Part shown: positions 10,352 to 19,159 of the stretch, piece after piece
Layout of the letters: each line of letters starts with the position of its first letter
Position numbering within the stretch: position 1 is the first letter of the stretch
Virus record (IMG/VR): IMGVR_UViG_3300020043_000012
Location: 1 to 25,752 of that record
Origin: a virus
Taxonomy: Duplodnaviria > Caudoviricetes
Direction: 5' to 3' (one strand)
Length of the DNA stretch: 25,752 nucleotides
Position numbers and translations under genes: made by a program
Notes under the pieces: model-generated
Databases searched by the model: none
What the model saw: only the letters and a program-made list of their open reading frames with translations
Told to the model about the DNA's origin: nothing

Positions 10352-10791
10352 ACGACTTAGAATTGCCAAACCATGTTTCCCGTGAGCAAGTTGAGCGCCT
10401 CCAAGCGGAAATGGCGACCATGCCACAGGCTGAACTAACGACAGAACATCATTTCAGCCCAGGTATGTATATGCGGAAAGTCTTTCGACCCGCTGGCACT
10501 TTAATTGTGGGCAAAGTTCATAAAGAACCCCACTTTTTTTTATGTGCAAAAGGCGAGATAATTGCGTGGACAGAAAGCGGAATGAAAAGGCTTCAGGCAG
10601 GGGATGTTGTTGAATCCAAGCCTGGCACGAAACGGGTGACTTTGGCTGTGACAGATGCAATTGGCATCACCATTCACAGAACTGACAAGACCGATCTTGA
10701 TGAAATTGAAGCTGAATTGATTGAGCCAGATACAACCGCACTTTTTGATGCCAATAATGACATTAAAAAATTAAGAATCGAAGGGGAATAA
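10348..10791 (+). CDS. Cupin-fold-like protein
   Basis: TTG start after GGAGG; HHFSPGMYMR..PAGTLIVGKVHKEPH...GEI...PGTKR pattern. Confidence 0.65.
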   Translation: MNDLELPNHVSREQVERLQAEMATMPQAELTTEHHFSPGMYMRKVFRPAGTLIVGKVHKEPHFFLCAKGEIIAWTESGMKRLQAGDVVESKPGTKRVTLAVTDAIGITIHRTDKTDLDEIEAELIEPDTTALFDANNDIKKLRIEGE

Positions 10792-10792
10792 T

Positions 10793-11542
10793 ATGACTTG
10801 GGTAGCAGTAGCAATTGGTGGATCAGCCCTTTTAGGGTATGTAGGGGCTAAAAAGCAAGCTGGCGCAGCCGAAAGCGCTTCCCAAATGCAGTATCAAGCA
10901 ACTCAAGACGCTGCCAAACAACAGCGTGAGATGTTTGACATTCTTAATGAACAGCAGAAGCCTTATCGGGAATCTGGCTATGCCGCATTGAATCAAATCA
11001 ATACGATGTTGCCTCAGTTCACTAAGGAATTTACATCTGCCGATCTGATTAGAAACTTAGACCCAAGCTACCAATTCATGCTTCAACAAGGTTTAGGCGC
11101 TACGGGTCAAGCAATGAATGTTGGCGGTGGTGGCTCTAATGTGGATTTGGCACGACAAAGATTTGCTCAAGAATATGCCAAGTCAGGCGCACAACAGGCT
11201 TTTAATAACTACCAAAGCCAACAGTCCAATATTTACAACCGACTGTCAAACCTTGCGGGTATTGGTCAAGCGGCACAGTCTCAAGCCAACACTTTGGGAT
11301 CAAACACAGCAAACGCATTGAGCCAGTTAGGTATCGGTGGCGCTTCTGCTTTGGGTGCGGGTCAAGTGGGTGCGGCTAACGCAATGGCTGGCGCTTATGG
11401 TGGTATCGGTAACGCATTAACATTGTCAAGTTTGTTGACCCCGCAAGGTGGTGGTGGCATCACGGCTGGCGGTGCAACAGTCATGAACCCCGCACTACAA
11501 AGCAGTTATTTCGCCCCAGTTACGCCCCCTCCGATTGGATAA
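10793..11542 (+). CDS. DNA ejection/transfer protein, P22 gp7-like
   Basis: Hydrophobic Gly/Ala N-terminus, Gln/Ala-rich body, PYRESG..AL and DPSYQFMLQQG motifs; synteny. Confidence 0.75.
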   Translation: MTWVAVAIGGSALLGYVGAKKQAGAAESASQMQYQATQDAAKQQREMFDILNEQQKPYRESGYAALNQINTMLPQFTKEFTSADLIRNLDPSYQFMLQQGLGATGQAMNVGGGGSNVDLARQRFAQEYAKSGAQQAFNNYQSQQSNIYNRLSNLAGIGQAAQSQANTLGSNTANALSQLGIGGASALGAGQVGAANAMAGAYGGIGNALTLSSLLTPQGGGGITAGGATVMNPALQSSYFAPVTPPPIG

Positions 11543-11545
11543 AAA

Positions 11546-13000
11546 ATGGCAGATTTAAGCGTTTCTCCAGTTGCAGCACAGATTAAGCCTGTGCCAGGCA
11601 TGAGCCTTGGTGACATGATAAATGTTGCCCGTGGCGCACAACAGTATCAACAAGCGGCTCAGATCAATCCTTTGGCGCTTCAGCAACAACAACAAGCCAC
11701 TCGCACAGGCGAGATTGCTTTAGGCGTTGAAGAACAAAAAGAAAAAGAACGCAATAATTTGCAGACTTTCTTTTCTGACCCAAATAATTTTCAGACTGAG
11801 GGAAGAATTGACATTGACAAGATCAATGCCGTTGTTCCAAAGATTGCCCCGTTGACGGGCGCTGATGCCATTAGCAAATTCAGCACATTAGGCAAAGCAC
11901 AAACTGAAGCGATCAGTGCAAAGCAGAATCTGACTCAAGACCAACGCAACATGATTGGTTCAAGATTTGCAATTCTTGGTCGCTTGGGCGTTCAGGACAA
12001 AAACGCCTATATTGCCGAAATGGATTTGCTGAAAAAAGAAAATCCCGACAATAAAGACTTGGCAAGATTGATTGATGCCTACAAGGTTACATGGACTGAA
12101 ATGCCATCTGGCCCTGACTTGCCTAGTAAGGCAATTGCTGGCGCACAGACCTTGTTAAGCCCTGCACAACAACAGACAGCATTTGCACCGCAAGTTGGAA
12201 CTCTCAGCACTGGCGCACAAATCTTCCCAACTGTTACAACTCCCGCTGTTGGTAATATGTTGCCTCGCATCCAAATGGGTACACAGCCTTTGGCAGATGT
12301 TGAATTGCCACCCACAACACAAGTTGTTACTCCAACAGGAGAAACTCGGTTGCTTGGCCCTGCTTCTCAGCGTGGTGGCGCACCGCTTACGACAAATCTT
12401 GGCCCTGCTCAAACAGCCCTTTTAACCGCTGGTGGTGCAACCATTTCCTCAGACTTGGCAACAACTGTCAAAGAAGGTGGCGAAGCGCCTGGTCGTATTG
12501 CGATTTTCCAAAACATTAAGAAGTTTGCCCCCGACTCTTTCACAGGCGTTGGCGGTCAGCGCAAAGAATTGGCTGCGGGTATTCTCAACGCCATCGGCAT
12601 CCCTGCTTACGAGCAAGAAAAGGTTAACACCGAAGAATTGGCAAAGAACTCTGCTTTGTTGGCTTTGGCTGGTGGCAATACCGATGCGGCAAGGGCTTTG
12701 GCTGAAATTGCCACTCCCAACAAGAAGCTGAACGAAAAAGCCATTCTTGCAATTGCTGATCAAATGATCGGCATTGAGAACATGAAGGTTGCAAAGGCTA
12801 ATTACTTGACCCCTGTTCAGAATGATGCAACGCAATATGGTCAACGCAAGTTGCAGTTTGACCAGATTGCCGACCCCCGCATCTTCCAAGAAATGACAGC
12901 CCAAGATGTTGCCAAATTAAAGGCTTCCATGTCTGCGGCAGAACAGGCAGAATTGACCCGTAAGATTCGTTTGGCACGACAAATGGGGATTATTCGATAA
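11546..13000 (+). CDS. DNA ejection protein (P22 gp20 position)
   Basis: 484 aa, helical, Gln/Ala-rich; second of three consecutive genes after the tail genes. Confidence 0.6.
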   Translation: MADLSVSPVAAQIKPVPGMSLGDMINVARGAQQYQQAAQINPLALQQQQQATRTGEIALGVEEQKEKERNNLQTFFSDPNNFQTEGRIDIDKINAVVPKIAPLTGADAISKFSTLGKAQTEAISAKQNLTQDQRNMIGSRFAILGRLGVQDKNAYIAEMDLLKKENPDNKDLARLIDAYKVTWTEMPSGPDLPSKAIAGAQTLLSPAQQQTAFAPQVGTLSTGAQIFPTVTTPAVGNMLPRIQMGTQPLADVELPPTTQVVTPTGETRLLGPASQRGGAPLTTNLGPAQTALLTAGGATISSDLATTVKEGGEAPGRIAIFQNIKKFAPDSFTGVGGQRKELAAGILNAIGIPAYEQEKVNTEELAKNSALLALAGGNTDAARALAEIATPNKKLNEKAILAIADQMIGIENMKVAKANYLTPVQNDATQYGQRKLQFDQIADPRIFQEMTAQDVAKLKASMSAAEQAELTRKIRLARQMGIIR

Positions 13001-15252
13001 TGGCAACACTTGCTGAACTGTGGGAAGCGGAAGCCCCTGCGCCAGTTAAAAGCGCAAAAGTTCCATCTCAAGATCAAGCAATGCGTAGTAAAGCCCGAAT
13101 GGATATTCTCCAAGAGGAAATGAAAAGCGCACAAGAAAGACTTGCCAAAGGCGATCCTAGAGCGCAGAGGGACATTGATGCGTTGACCCGTGAGATGGGT
13201 GGCAAGGTTGCCCGTACAGCCCCTAGTGCCGTTCCTACTGCCACACCTACTGCCGCCCCCGCTACAAGTGGCACATTGGCTGATCTGTGGGAATCAACCC
13301 CTGCGGCTACTGGCAAAGAACAACCCAAAGAACAAGTCACAGAAGAAAAAAAGCAAGGTGGCACTGCCGTGGGTCGCATGGCGGCTCAATTGCTGGGGCA
13401 AACACAAAAAGCCAAACAAGAGTTGGGTGCAAGCGTTGCATCTTTGGCTGATGTGACTTTGGGTGGGATTATTCCAGGCGTTGCTGGCCCTGTTACCTAT
13501 GCGGGCGCACGATTCATTGGTCAAACACCCGAGCAAGCAGCAGCACTTGAGCAAAAGGTTGTTGGCGCTACTGAGAAGCCATTTGGCAAGTTATTGGGTG
13601 TGACCGAGACTCAAGCCTATAAGGGCGAAGCAAGCCGACAGATCATGGACTTTATTGGTCAGAATATCAATAAGGGCGCTGAGTGGATTGCTCAAAAGAC
13701 AGGCTTGCCTGTTAGTGATGTGCAAAACATGATGGGAACTGCGACTGTGGCGGCAGCCCCCGCAGTTGGCAAAGTGGCGACTACTACTGCAAAAGCGGTG
13801 CAAGAAGCTGTCCCTGCCGTTGGTAAAAAATTAGGCGTTGGTGAATTGCAAGTTCAGCCTACTGCCCCACCAACTGCCCCGACTGCCCCATCAGGCATGG
13901 TGAGTGCTGGCGCTGCTGTCGTTCCCGATGCCACCACAATCAAACAAGCCTTGTCTGTGGCAACACCTGAACTGCAACAAGCAATCTCTGCCATTCCTGT
14001 TGACAAGGTAAACATCCCAACCTTGCAACGGCACATTGAGGCTGACACCTTGCCCGTTCCTGTGCGTTTGACAGAAGGTCAAGCCACTGGTGATGTGGTC
14101 AAGTTGTCCAATGAGCAAAACAGGCGTGGTAAAGACCCTGTGTTGGCTCAACGATTCAATGAACAAAATGGTCAACTAATTGAGAATCTTGGTTTGATTC
14201 GTGACAAAGCCGCCCCTGATGTTTATGGCACGAAGAAGATTGAGAACAGCCAAGGCATTATTGATGCTTACAAAGAGTTGGACAACAATCTAAATACAGG
14301 CATTAACGCAGACTACCAAGCCTTGCGTGATGCGGCTGGTGGTCAGTTCCCTGTTGACGCACCTAGATTGCTTCAGAATATAGAAACAAAACTCAAAAAA
14401 GAATTGCTTTCTAATGAAGCGCCAAAAGGTCAGTTCAGTGAATTGCAAAGATTAGCAAAAGATAAAAACATGACCTTTGAGGACTATTTGTCTTTGAGGC
14501 GCAATCTTGGCGATATTGCTAGAACAAGCCAAGATGGGAATACACGCAAAGCCGCCAGTTACATGATTGAAGAATTGGAAAAGTTGCCTTTGCAAAAGGA
14601 AGCCGCTGCGCTTAAACCTTTGGCTGACAAAGCCCGAGCATCTGCAAGAGCAAGATTCCAAATGCTTGAAAAAGACCCCGCCATGAAAGCGGCTGTGACT
14701 GACTCTGTTCCCGCAGATAAGTTTATTGACAAGTTTGTGGTCAATGGCGTGAACAAGAACATTAACACAATGGTTGAGCATTTAGGCAGAGACTCACCCG
14801 CCCATCAGCACATGGCTGCTGGAACTGTTAATTGGTTAAAAGACAAGGCAGGGATTGTTGACGAAACTGGCAACTTCAGCCAAGCGGGTTATAACAAGGC
14901 TCTCAAGCAATTAGATGATGTTCAAAACCTGAACATGATTTTTAACCAAGAAGCCGCTTCACAACTCAAGACTTTGGGAAATGTGGCACGATATACCCAA
15001 GCACAGCCCCGTGGTGCGTTTGTAAACAACTCCAACACATTGGTGGGTGCGCTTGCTGAAAAAGCGGGTAAAGGCGTTGCTATGGGCGTGGAAAGTGGTT
15101 TGAACTTGGCAGTGCCAGGCTTACAGCTTGGAACTTCTGTCATGGAAATGAGAGCAAGACGAGCCGCAGAAGCACAAACCAAAAAGGCGCTTGAAACAGG
15201 CGCTGGCACTCAACAAACTGGCAAAAACAAAGTTCAGGATTTGGGGAAATAA
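13000..15252 (+). CDS. Large DNA ejection protein (P22 gp16 position)
   Basis: 750 aa, helical; LTEGQATGD and NNSNT motifs; duplicated TLA(E/D)LWE; TAATG coupling. Confidence 0.62.
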   Translation: MATLAELWEAEAPAPVKSAKVPSQDQAMRSKARMDILQEEMKSAQERLAKGDPRAQRDIDALTREMGGKVARTAPSAVPTATPTAAPATSGTLADLWESTPAATGKEQPKEQVTEEKKQGGTAVGRMAAQLLGQTQKAKQELGASVASLADVTLGGIIPGVAGPVTYAGARFIGQTPEQAAALEQKVVGATEKPFGKLLGVTETQAYKGEASRQIMDFIGQNINKGAEWIAQKTGLPVSDVQNMMGTATVAAAPAVGKVATTTAKAVQEAVPAVGKKLGVGELQVQPTAPPTAPTAPSGMVSAGAAVVPDATTIKQALSVATPELQQAISAIPVDKVNIPTLQRHIEADTLPVPVRLTEGQATGDVVKLSNEQNRRGKDPVLAQRFNEQNGQLIENLGLIRDKAAPDVYGTKKIENSQGIIDAYKELDNNLNTGINADYQALRDAAGGQFPVDAPRLLQNIETKLKKELLSNEAPKGQFSELQRLAKDKNMTFEDYLSLRRNLGDIARTSQDGNTRKAASYMIEELEKLPLQKEAAALKPLADKARASARARFQMLEKDPAMKAAVTDSVPADKFIDKFVVNGVNKNINTMVEHLGRDSPAHQHMAAGTVNWLKDKAGIVDETGNFSQAGYNKALKQLDDVQNLNMIFNQEAASQLKTLGNVARYTQAQPRGAFVNNSNTLVGALAEKAGKGVAMGVESGLNLAVPGLQLGTSVMEMRARRAAEAQTKKALETGAGTQQTGKNKVQDLGK

Positions 15253-15455
15253 TGTCTGACATCGATTTGGTCAAATATGGCGTTCTTTGGCAAAAGGTTG
15301 AATCTATGGAGGCCAAGATCGACAAGATGGAAAGCCAATTAGAAACCTTGATTGAGTTAGCCAATAAAGGTCGTGGTGGCTTTTGGATGGGCATGACATT
15401 TGTTTCTGCCATCTCCACTGTCATGGGTTACTTTAGCCATCACTGGACAAAATGA
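15252..15455 (+). CDS. Small coiled-coil protein with C-terminal transmembrane helix (holin/antiholin-like)
   Basis: Heptad stretch VESMEAKIDKMESQLETL then GGFWMGMTFVSAISTVMGYF. Confidence 0.6.
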   Translation: MSDIDLVKYGVLWQKVESMEAKIDKMESQLETLIELANKGRGGFWMGMTFVSAISTVMGYFSHHWTK

Positions 15456-15736
15456 AGTGGTTTCTTGTTGGGTTGCTGACAGCGTGTTTGTTGGCGGCAT
15501 CTCAACAAAGATGTGTGGTTGCAGACTTCTATGGCCTCAGTTGGCTTGGCAACCCATCTGAGAGACACCAAAGGCTTTCTGAGTGGCTGACCACTAATGG
15601 CAATTCATGTTCCACTGATGAACTGCTTGCGATCTGGAACAATCTTGCTATGTGGGCGGGAACTGCTGACAGCGGAGAACTAAGAGCAAAAGTTCTGTTT
15701 TATTATGCGAGGGCAGCGGAGAGGGAAAAGAAATGA
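15452..15736 (+). CDS. Exported protein, possible lipoprotein
   Basis: MKWFLVGLLTAC has a canonical L-T-A-C lipobox; ATGA overlaps on both sides. Confidence 0.55.
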   Translation: MKWFLVGLLTACLLAASQQRCVVADFYGLSWLGNPSERHQRLSEWLTTNGNSCSTDELLAIWNNLAMWAGTADSGELRAKVLFYYARAAEREKK

Positions 15737-15969
15737 TCACTCTAAACAAATGGTATCCCCTTGTTCAACCCACCCACACTGCTAGGCAATTGGCTTTTGA
15801 GAAGGCAGTTGAGAAAGTTCAAGAAGATTACAGATATGCTGTGGAATGTCTTAAACAAGTTAAAAAGACTGAAGATTTGGAAGTGGAACTCTACAACAAG
15901 CGAGGTCAACAAAACGCCATCGAACTTGGATCATTTGAAGATCGCAGAAGATTCCAAATATTTGTGTGA
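15733..15969 (+). CDS. Hypothetical protein
   Basis: ATGA overlap with upstream gene; GAGGG SD; fills the gap in the operon. Confidence 0.55.
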   Translation: MITLNKWYPLVQPTHTARQLAFEKAVEKVQEDYRYAVECLKQVKKTEDLEVELYNKRGQQNAIELGSFEDRRRFQIFV

Positions 15970-15976
15970 GGACAAC

Positions 15977-16219
15977 ATGGAAAATCCAACAAGCACCAAA
16001 GAAAAACTAACGCTGTATGTGACCCTGATGGTTAGCACCACACTGTGCATTTCTGTTCTGTCAATGGTGTTTGCTTTTATGTTGGGTCTGTGGGCAAAGG
16101 AAGTGGACAACGCTGAGATATTCAAGATGATCAGCCCCGCCTTTAGCACTTTGATTGGCGGCATGATTGGCTTTCTGTCAGGCATCAAACTAATGCAAAA
16201 CGATGAGGAAAAGAAATGA
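15977..16219 (+). CDS. Two-transmembrane membrane protein
   Basis: ATG 15977 after TGAGGA (preferred over track start 15761); two hydrophobic helices, the second ending GGMIGFLSG. Confidence 0.65.
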   Translation: MENPTSTKEKLTLYVTLMVSTTLCISVLSMVFAFMLGLWAKEVDNAEIFKMISPAFSTLIGGMIGFLSGIKLMQNDEEKK

Positions 16220-16623
16220 TCGGACTAGACGCACTTTTAAATGTCGGTGGCAAGCTGATTGACAAGCTAATCCCTGACCCAGAAGCCAAAGCCAAAGCAC
16301 AACTTGAGTTGCAGAAGATGGCTCAAGATGGTGAACTGCAAAAGATGGCTAACGAAACCAAACTGTTTGAGACCGAGCAAAACAACCTTACAGAGCGTTT
16401 AAAAGCCGACATGGGGTCTGACTCTTGGCTGTCCAAAAATATACGCCCTATGACCCTCATATTCCTTTTGGCGGCATATTCTGGCTTTGCTATTGCATCA
16501 ATCTTTGAATACGAGACCCGAGGCGCTTATGTTGAGTTGTTGGGTCAGTGGGGGATGCTGGTGATGTCGTTCTACTTTGGCGGCAGAACAATGGAAAAAA
16601 TTGCTGATAGGGTGAAAAAATGA
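16216..16623 (+). CDS. Holin (3-TM, GTA-holin-like family)
   Basis: KLIDKLIPDP, SDSWLSKNIRP and FYFGGRTMEK motifs; directly upstream of the endolysin. Confidence 0.8.
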   Translation: MIGLDALLNVGGKLIDKLIPDPEAKAKAQLELQKMAQDGELQKMANETKLFETEQNNLTERLKADMGSDSWLSKNIRPMTLIFLLAAYSGFAIASIFEYETRGAYVELLGQWGMLVMSFYFGGRTMEKIADRVKK

Positions 16624-17048
16624 ACTTAACTGAACACTTTACGCTTGAAGAATTGACGCACACAGACCACAGAGAATTTGATAACACACCAAATGATGCG
16701 GAACTTGAGAACATTAAACGCCTGGCTGAGTTCCTTGAGGAAGTCAAAACTGTCTTGGGTGGCAAACCCATCATGGTCAATTCAGCTTTCAGGTCTAAAC
16801 AAGTCAATGATGCTGTGGGGTCTAAAGACACTTCTCAGCATCGGATCGGCTGCGCTGCTGACATTCGTGTTCCCTCTATGACCCCCGACCAAGTGGTCAG
16901 AGCCGTGATTGCTTCAGGCATCGGCTACGACCAAGTGATCAGAGAGTTTGACCGCTGGACACACATTAGCATCCCCAACCAAGAAGGTGGAACACCCCGC
17001 AAGCAAGCCTTGATCATTGACAAACAAGGCACTAGGTTGTTTGCTTAA
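16620..17048 (+). CDS. Endolysin, peptidase M15A-like Zn peptidase
   Basis: LTEHFTLEEL, VNSAFRS..VN.AVG, SQHRIGCAADI (SxH...D) and WTHIS zinc-ligand motifs. Confidence 0.88.
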   Translation: MNLTEHFTLEELTHTDHREFDNTPNDAELENIKRLAEFLEEVKTVLGGKPIMVNSAFRSKQVNDAVGSKDTSQHRIGCAADIRVPSMTPDQVVRAVIASGIGYDQVIREFDRWTHISIPNQEGGTPRKQALIIDKQGTRLFA

Positions 17049-17202
17049 CTTGATTTTGGCGTAAGTGTTTGCCTGTCAGTCTCATAATCCAACAGGACTG
17101 ACAAATCCATTTGTGTCCCATGTCAATGCCTCCCTCTGGAGGCTTTTGTTCGTCACATTTATTGCAAGTTTTAAATGGATGTAAATAGCGTGGCTCTGTC
17201 AT
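17032..17202 (-). CDS. 56-aa zinc-finger protein (not in ORF track)
   Basis: Manual translation MTEPRYLHPFKTCNKCDEQKPPEGGIDMGHKWICQSCWIMRLTGKHLRQNQVKQTT; two CxxC; ATGA overlap with the upstream gene. Confidence 0.7.
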   Translation of the reverse strand: MTEPRYLHPFKTCNKCDEQKPPEGGIDMGHKWICQSCWIMRLTGKHLRQNQVKQTT

Positions 17203-17660
17203 TTAATTTCTACTACTTCTTTTGATTTGCTTTTAACTCTGTTTCTTGTCTTGATGATCATTTGCTCATAGACACTGCGAGGAACGCTAGAACGCTGAAG
17301 ATCATGATATTCATAGACTTCCCTGATGGCGTTGAGACCAACACCCGACAAGCCCATCTTGCCTGTTGATTCAAAGCGTCTAGCGGCTTCCTCAAGCGCC
17401 TTTTGAGCATCTTGGCAATGTGGCAAGGCTTCAGGGCCAATCCCCCCTACAGAGGCCATGACTTCACAAATGTTCATCATGTCGGCAAGTTCTTGCCACT
17501 CTACGATTGTCCCCATGCCTTTTGACATTGCCTCAATTGCCGCCAGTTCCCTTATTCTCAGCTTGTCCAACACTCTGGTTTCGGTTATCCCCGCCCCCAA
17601 TATGGCGTGACGCAAGGGATTGATCAGCATCCAAATTTTCCGATTTGTTCTTTTTCTCAT
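17199..17660 (-). CDS. Conserved-type phage hypothetical protein
   Basis: Helical protein; start placed at MRKRTNRK (track start 17672 is an alternative). Confidence 0.7.
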   Translation of the reverse strand: MRKRTNRKIWMLINPLRHAILGAGITETRVLDKLRIRELAAIEAMSKGMGTIVEWQELADMMNICEVMASVGGIGPEALPHCQDAQKALEEAARRFESTGKMGLSGVGLNAIREVYEYHDLQRSSVPRSVYEQMIIKTRNRVKSKSKEVVEIK

Positions 17661-17745
17661 TGTCTCTACCAAAAATTAAATCCCAACGCTGTGCGTATTC
17701 TTCATTTGCCACTTGAAATGGTCTTGGTGCGCTGCCTTTGCTCAT
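17533..17745 (-). CDS. Small hypothetical protein (MSKGSAPRPF...RWDLIFG)
   Basis: ATG 17745 overlaps the upstream TGA (ATGA); fills the 17661-17741 gap; its tail overlaps the next gene. Confidence 0.6.
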   Translation of the reverse strand: MSKGSAPRPFQVANEEYAQRWDLIFGRDNEKKNKSENLDADQSLASRHIGGGDNRNQSVGQAENKGTGGN

Positions 17746-18059
17746 TTTGCTTGCCACTCCCGTTCGTTTCTGCCTGAGTTTGATTTGACTGTGTTGCCTG
17801 TCAGTTCAATCAAACCGATAATTTTCATTTCGTTGAGCCGCCTAGCGACTTGATTGCCATCTAGGTCGGTACGGGCTGAGATGCCATCTTTGCCTAGTGG
17901 CCCATGTTGTTGGAGACAATCCAAGATAACTTGGTGATGTTGAGAGACAGATTCCTTGATTGACTCTGCTGCCTCAAACGATGTGAGTGGGTCTGATGAC
18001 CTTACTCTTGGGAATTCAGGTATGGCGAAAATCTTTTTAAATGCGTCTTTATAGTCCAT
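17742..18059 (-). CDS. Winged-helix DNA-binding protein
   Basis: R..DPLTSFEAA, ILDCLQQHGP, VARRLNEM..GLIE.TG, SGRNEREW; AAGGA SD. Confidence 0.7.
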   Translation of the reverse strand: MDYKDAFKKIFAIPEFPRVRSSDPLTSFEAAESIKESVSQHHQVILDCLQQHGPLGKDGISARTDLDGNQVARRLNEMKIIGLIELTGNTVKSNSGRNEREWQAK

Positions 18060-18073
18060 GATGTTTCCTTGTT

Positions 18074-18089
18074 AGGGGCAAAAGCCCCT
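18074..18089. other. Intergenic GC-rich hairpin AGGGGC-AAAA-GCCCCT
   Basis: Perfect 6-bp stem between the SSB-like gene stop and the next RBS; no U-tract on the coding (-) strand. Confidence 0.55.
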
Positions 18090-18094
18090 GTTAA

Positions 18095-18334
18095 TCAAAA
18101 ATCGATGTCATCATCTTTTGGCAAGCCTTTGAAATCTTCTCTAGGCTTTGGGGTGTTCATGTATGCCCAACCATTCCATCCACCATCAGGCAGTGGGATG
18201 CTGTCCAACTTGAGCATTGGGCCGTTCTTGGTCTCGATGACCGAGCCAATGGTTTGGTAGCGTGATTTCTCTTGACCATCTTTGTTTGTGTACTTACCTG
18301 ACACGATGGTGATTTCATAGAGTTTTTTAGACAT
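18095..18334 (-). CDS. Small single-stranded DNA-binding protein-like
   Basis: GKYTNKDGQEKSRYQTIG beta-hairpin and acidic tail DDDIDF resembling the SSB DDDIPF tip; next to exonuclease/annealase. Confidence 0.65.
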   Translation of the reverse strand: MSKKLYEITIVSGKYTNKDGQEKSRYQTIGSVIETKNGPMLKLDSIPLPDGGWNGWAYMNTPKPREDFKGLPKDDDIDF

Positions 18335-18953
18335 TTTTGACTTTCATTAGTTTATTGATCTTGTCATCCAGTTCAGCAAGGAATTGGACAATTTCTGCTT
18401 CTATTAGTCTGATGAACACTTCATCCCGTGGGACTCGCATCACAAACAATTGAAGTTCCTCTGGCAGACGATTGTCAAAAGACACAAAGTCACACCACTG
18501 TCGCCCTGTGCAAGCCATTTGGAATTGCATTTGGGTGTTGTATTTGCCTGGCACTGTTTGGGACAACAGCGTGTCAATGTGCGTGGCTGTGTTGGGGCAT
18601 TTGATCTCAATCAGACCATCATCACCCACCAATCCATCAGGAGAAGCGCCAGCCATGTCAATTGTGGGATGGGGTACAAACCCCACTTCATCAACCAAAA
18701 CATCCTTGAGCGCCTCATAAGCGGCTCTGGCAAGGGGTTCTGTCTCTGTGCCGTGTTGCATGGCAGCGTTTGTGAAACTCTCACCCTTTTGACCCGTCAA
18801 GCGTTCACACACCAACTGAGCCATGTAGTTGTCACGGCTGGCGCTGTAACCCGTCTTTGTCTTGGCGATCACATCTGCCACACGGGAAGCGGTGACTTTG
18901 CCAATGCGAATGGTGAACCATTCCTCTGTGCCTTGATCCATCATTTCAATCAT
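18327..18953 (-). CDS. YqaJ-like (lambda Exo family) exonuclease
   Basis: QGTEEWF..R.GKVTAS, AMQHGTETEP.AR, GASPDGLV, IEIKCP, QMQFQM..TGR.WCDFVS. Confidence 0.93.
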   Translation of the reverse strand: MIEMMDQGTEEWFTIRIGKVTASRVADVIAKTKTGYSASRDNYMAQLVCERLTGQKGESFTNAAMQHGTETEPLARAAYEALKDVLVDEVGFVPHPTIDMAGASPDGLVGDDGLIEIKCPNTATHIDTLLSQTVPGKYNTQMQFQMACTGRQWCDFVSFDNRLPEELQLFVMRVPRDEVFIRLIEAEIVQFLAELDDKINKLMKVKNV

Positions 18954-19159
18954 GATTTCATGTTCCTTATGTAAACGCTAAAACTGTCCAATGTGTCTTG
19001 ACCAAAGGCGGTCATCTTCTGAATCTCTGCCGCCACTTCATCTAGAACTTGATTGCGCTGTGAGGGAGACACAAACACATCCCAATGGTATGGCTGACCA
19101 CTTCTCATTTTTGCTTCATGCTCAATGCGGTCAAATTCATCATCTTCATCTGTTTTCAT
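18950..19159 (-). CDS. Hypothetical protein
   Basis: 69 aa; coupled by 4-nt overlaps on both sides. Confidence 0.65.
   Translation of the reverse strand: MKTDEDDEFDRIEHEAKMRSGQPYHWDVFVSPSQRNQVLDEVAAEIQKMTAFGQDTLDSFSVYIRNMKS

Noticed and set aside
13861-13890. ACTGCCCC triple repeat
   Set aside because: Codon-phased; encodes a Thr-Ala-Pro linker.
15761-15976. N-terminal extension of the 2-TM protein in the ORF track
   Set aside because: Overlaps the coupled 15733-15969 gene; ATG 15977 has its own SD.
18074-18089. Intrinsic terminator
   Set aside because: No U-tract on the transcribed strand; kept only as a hairpin.
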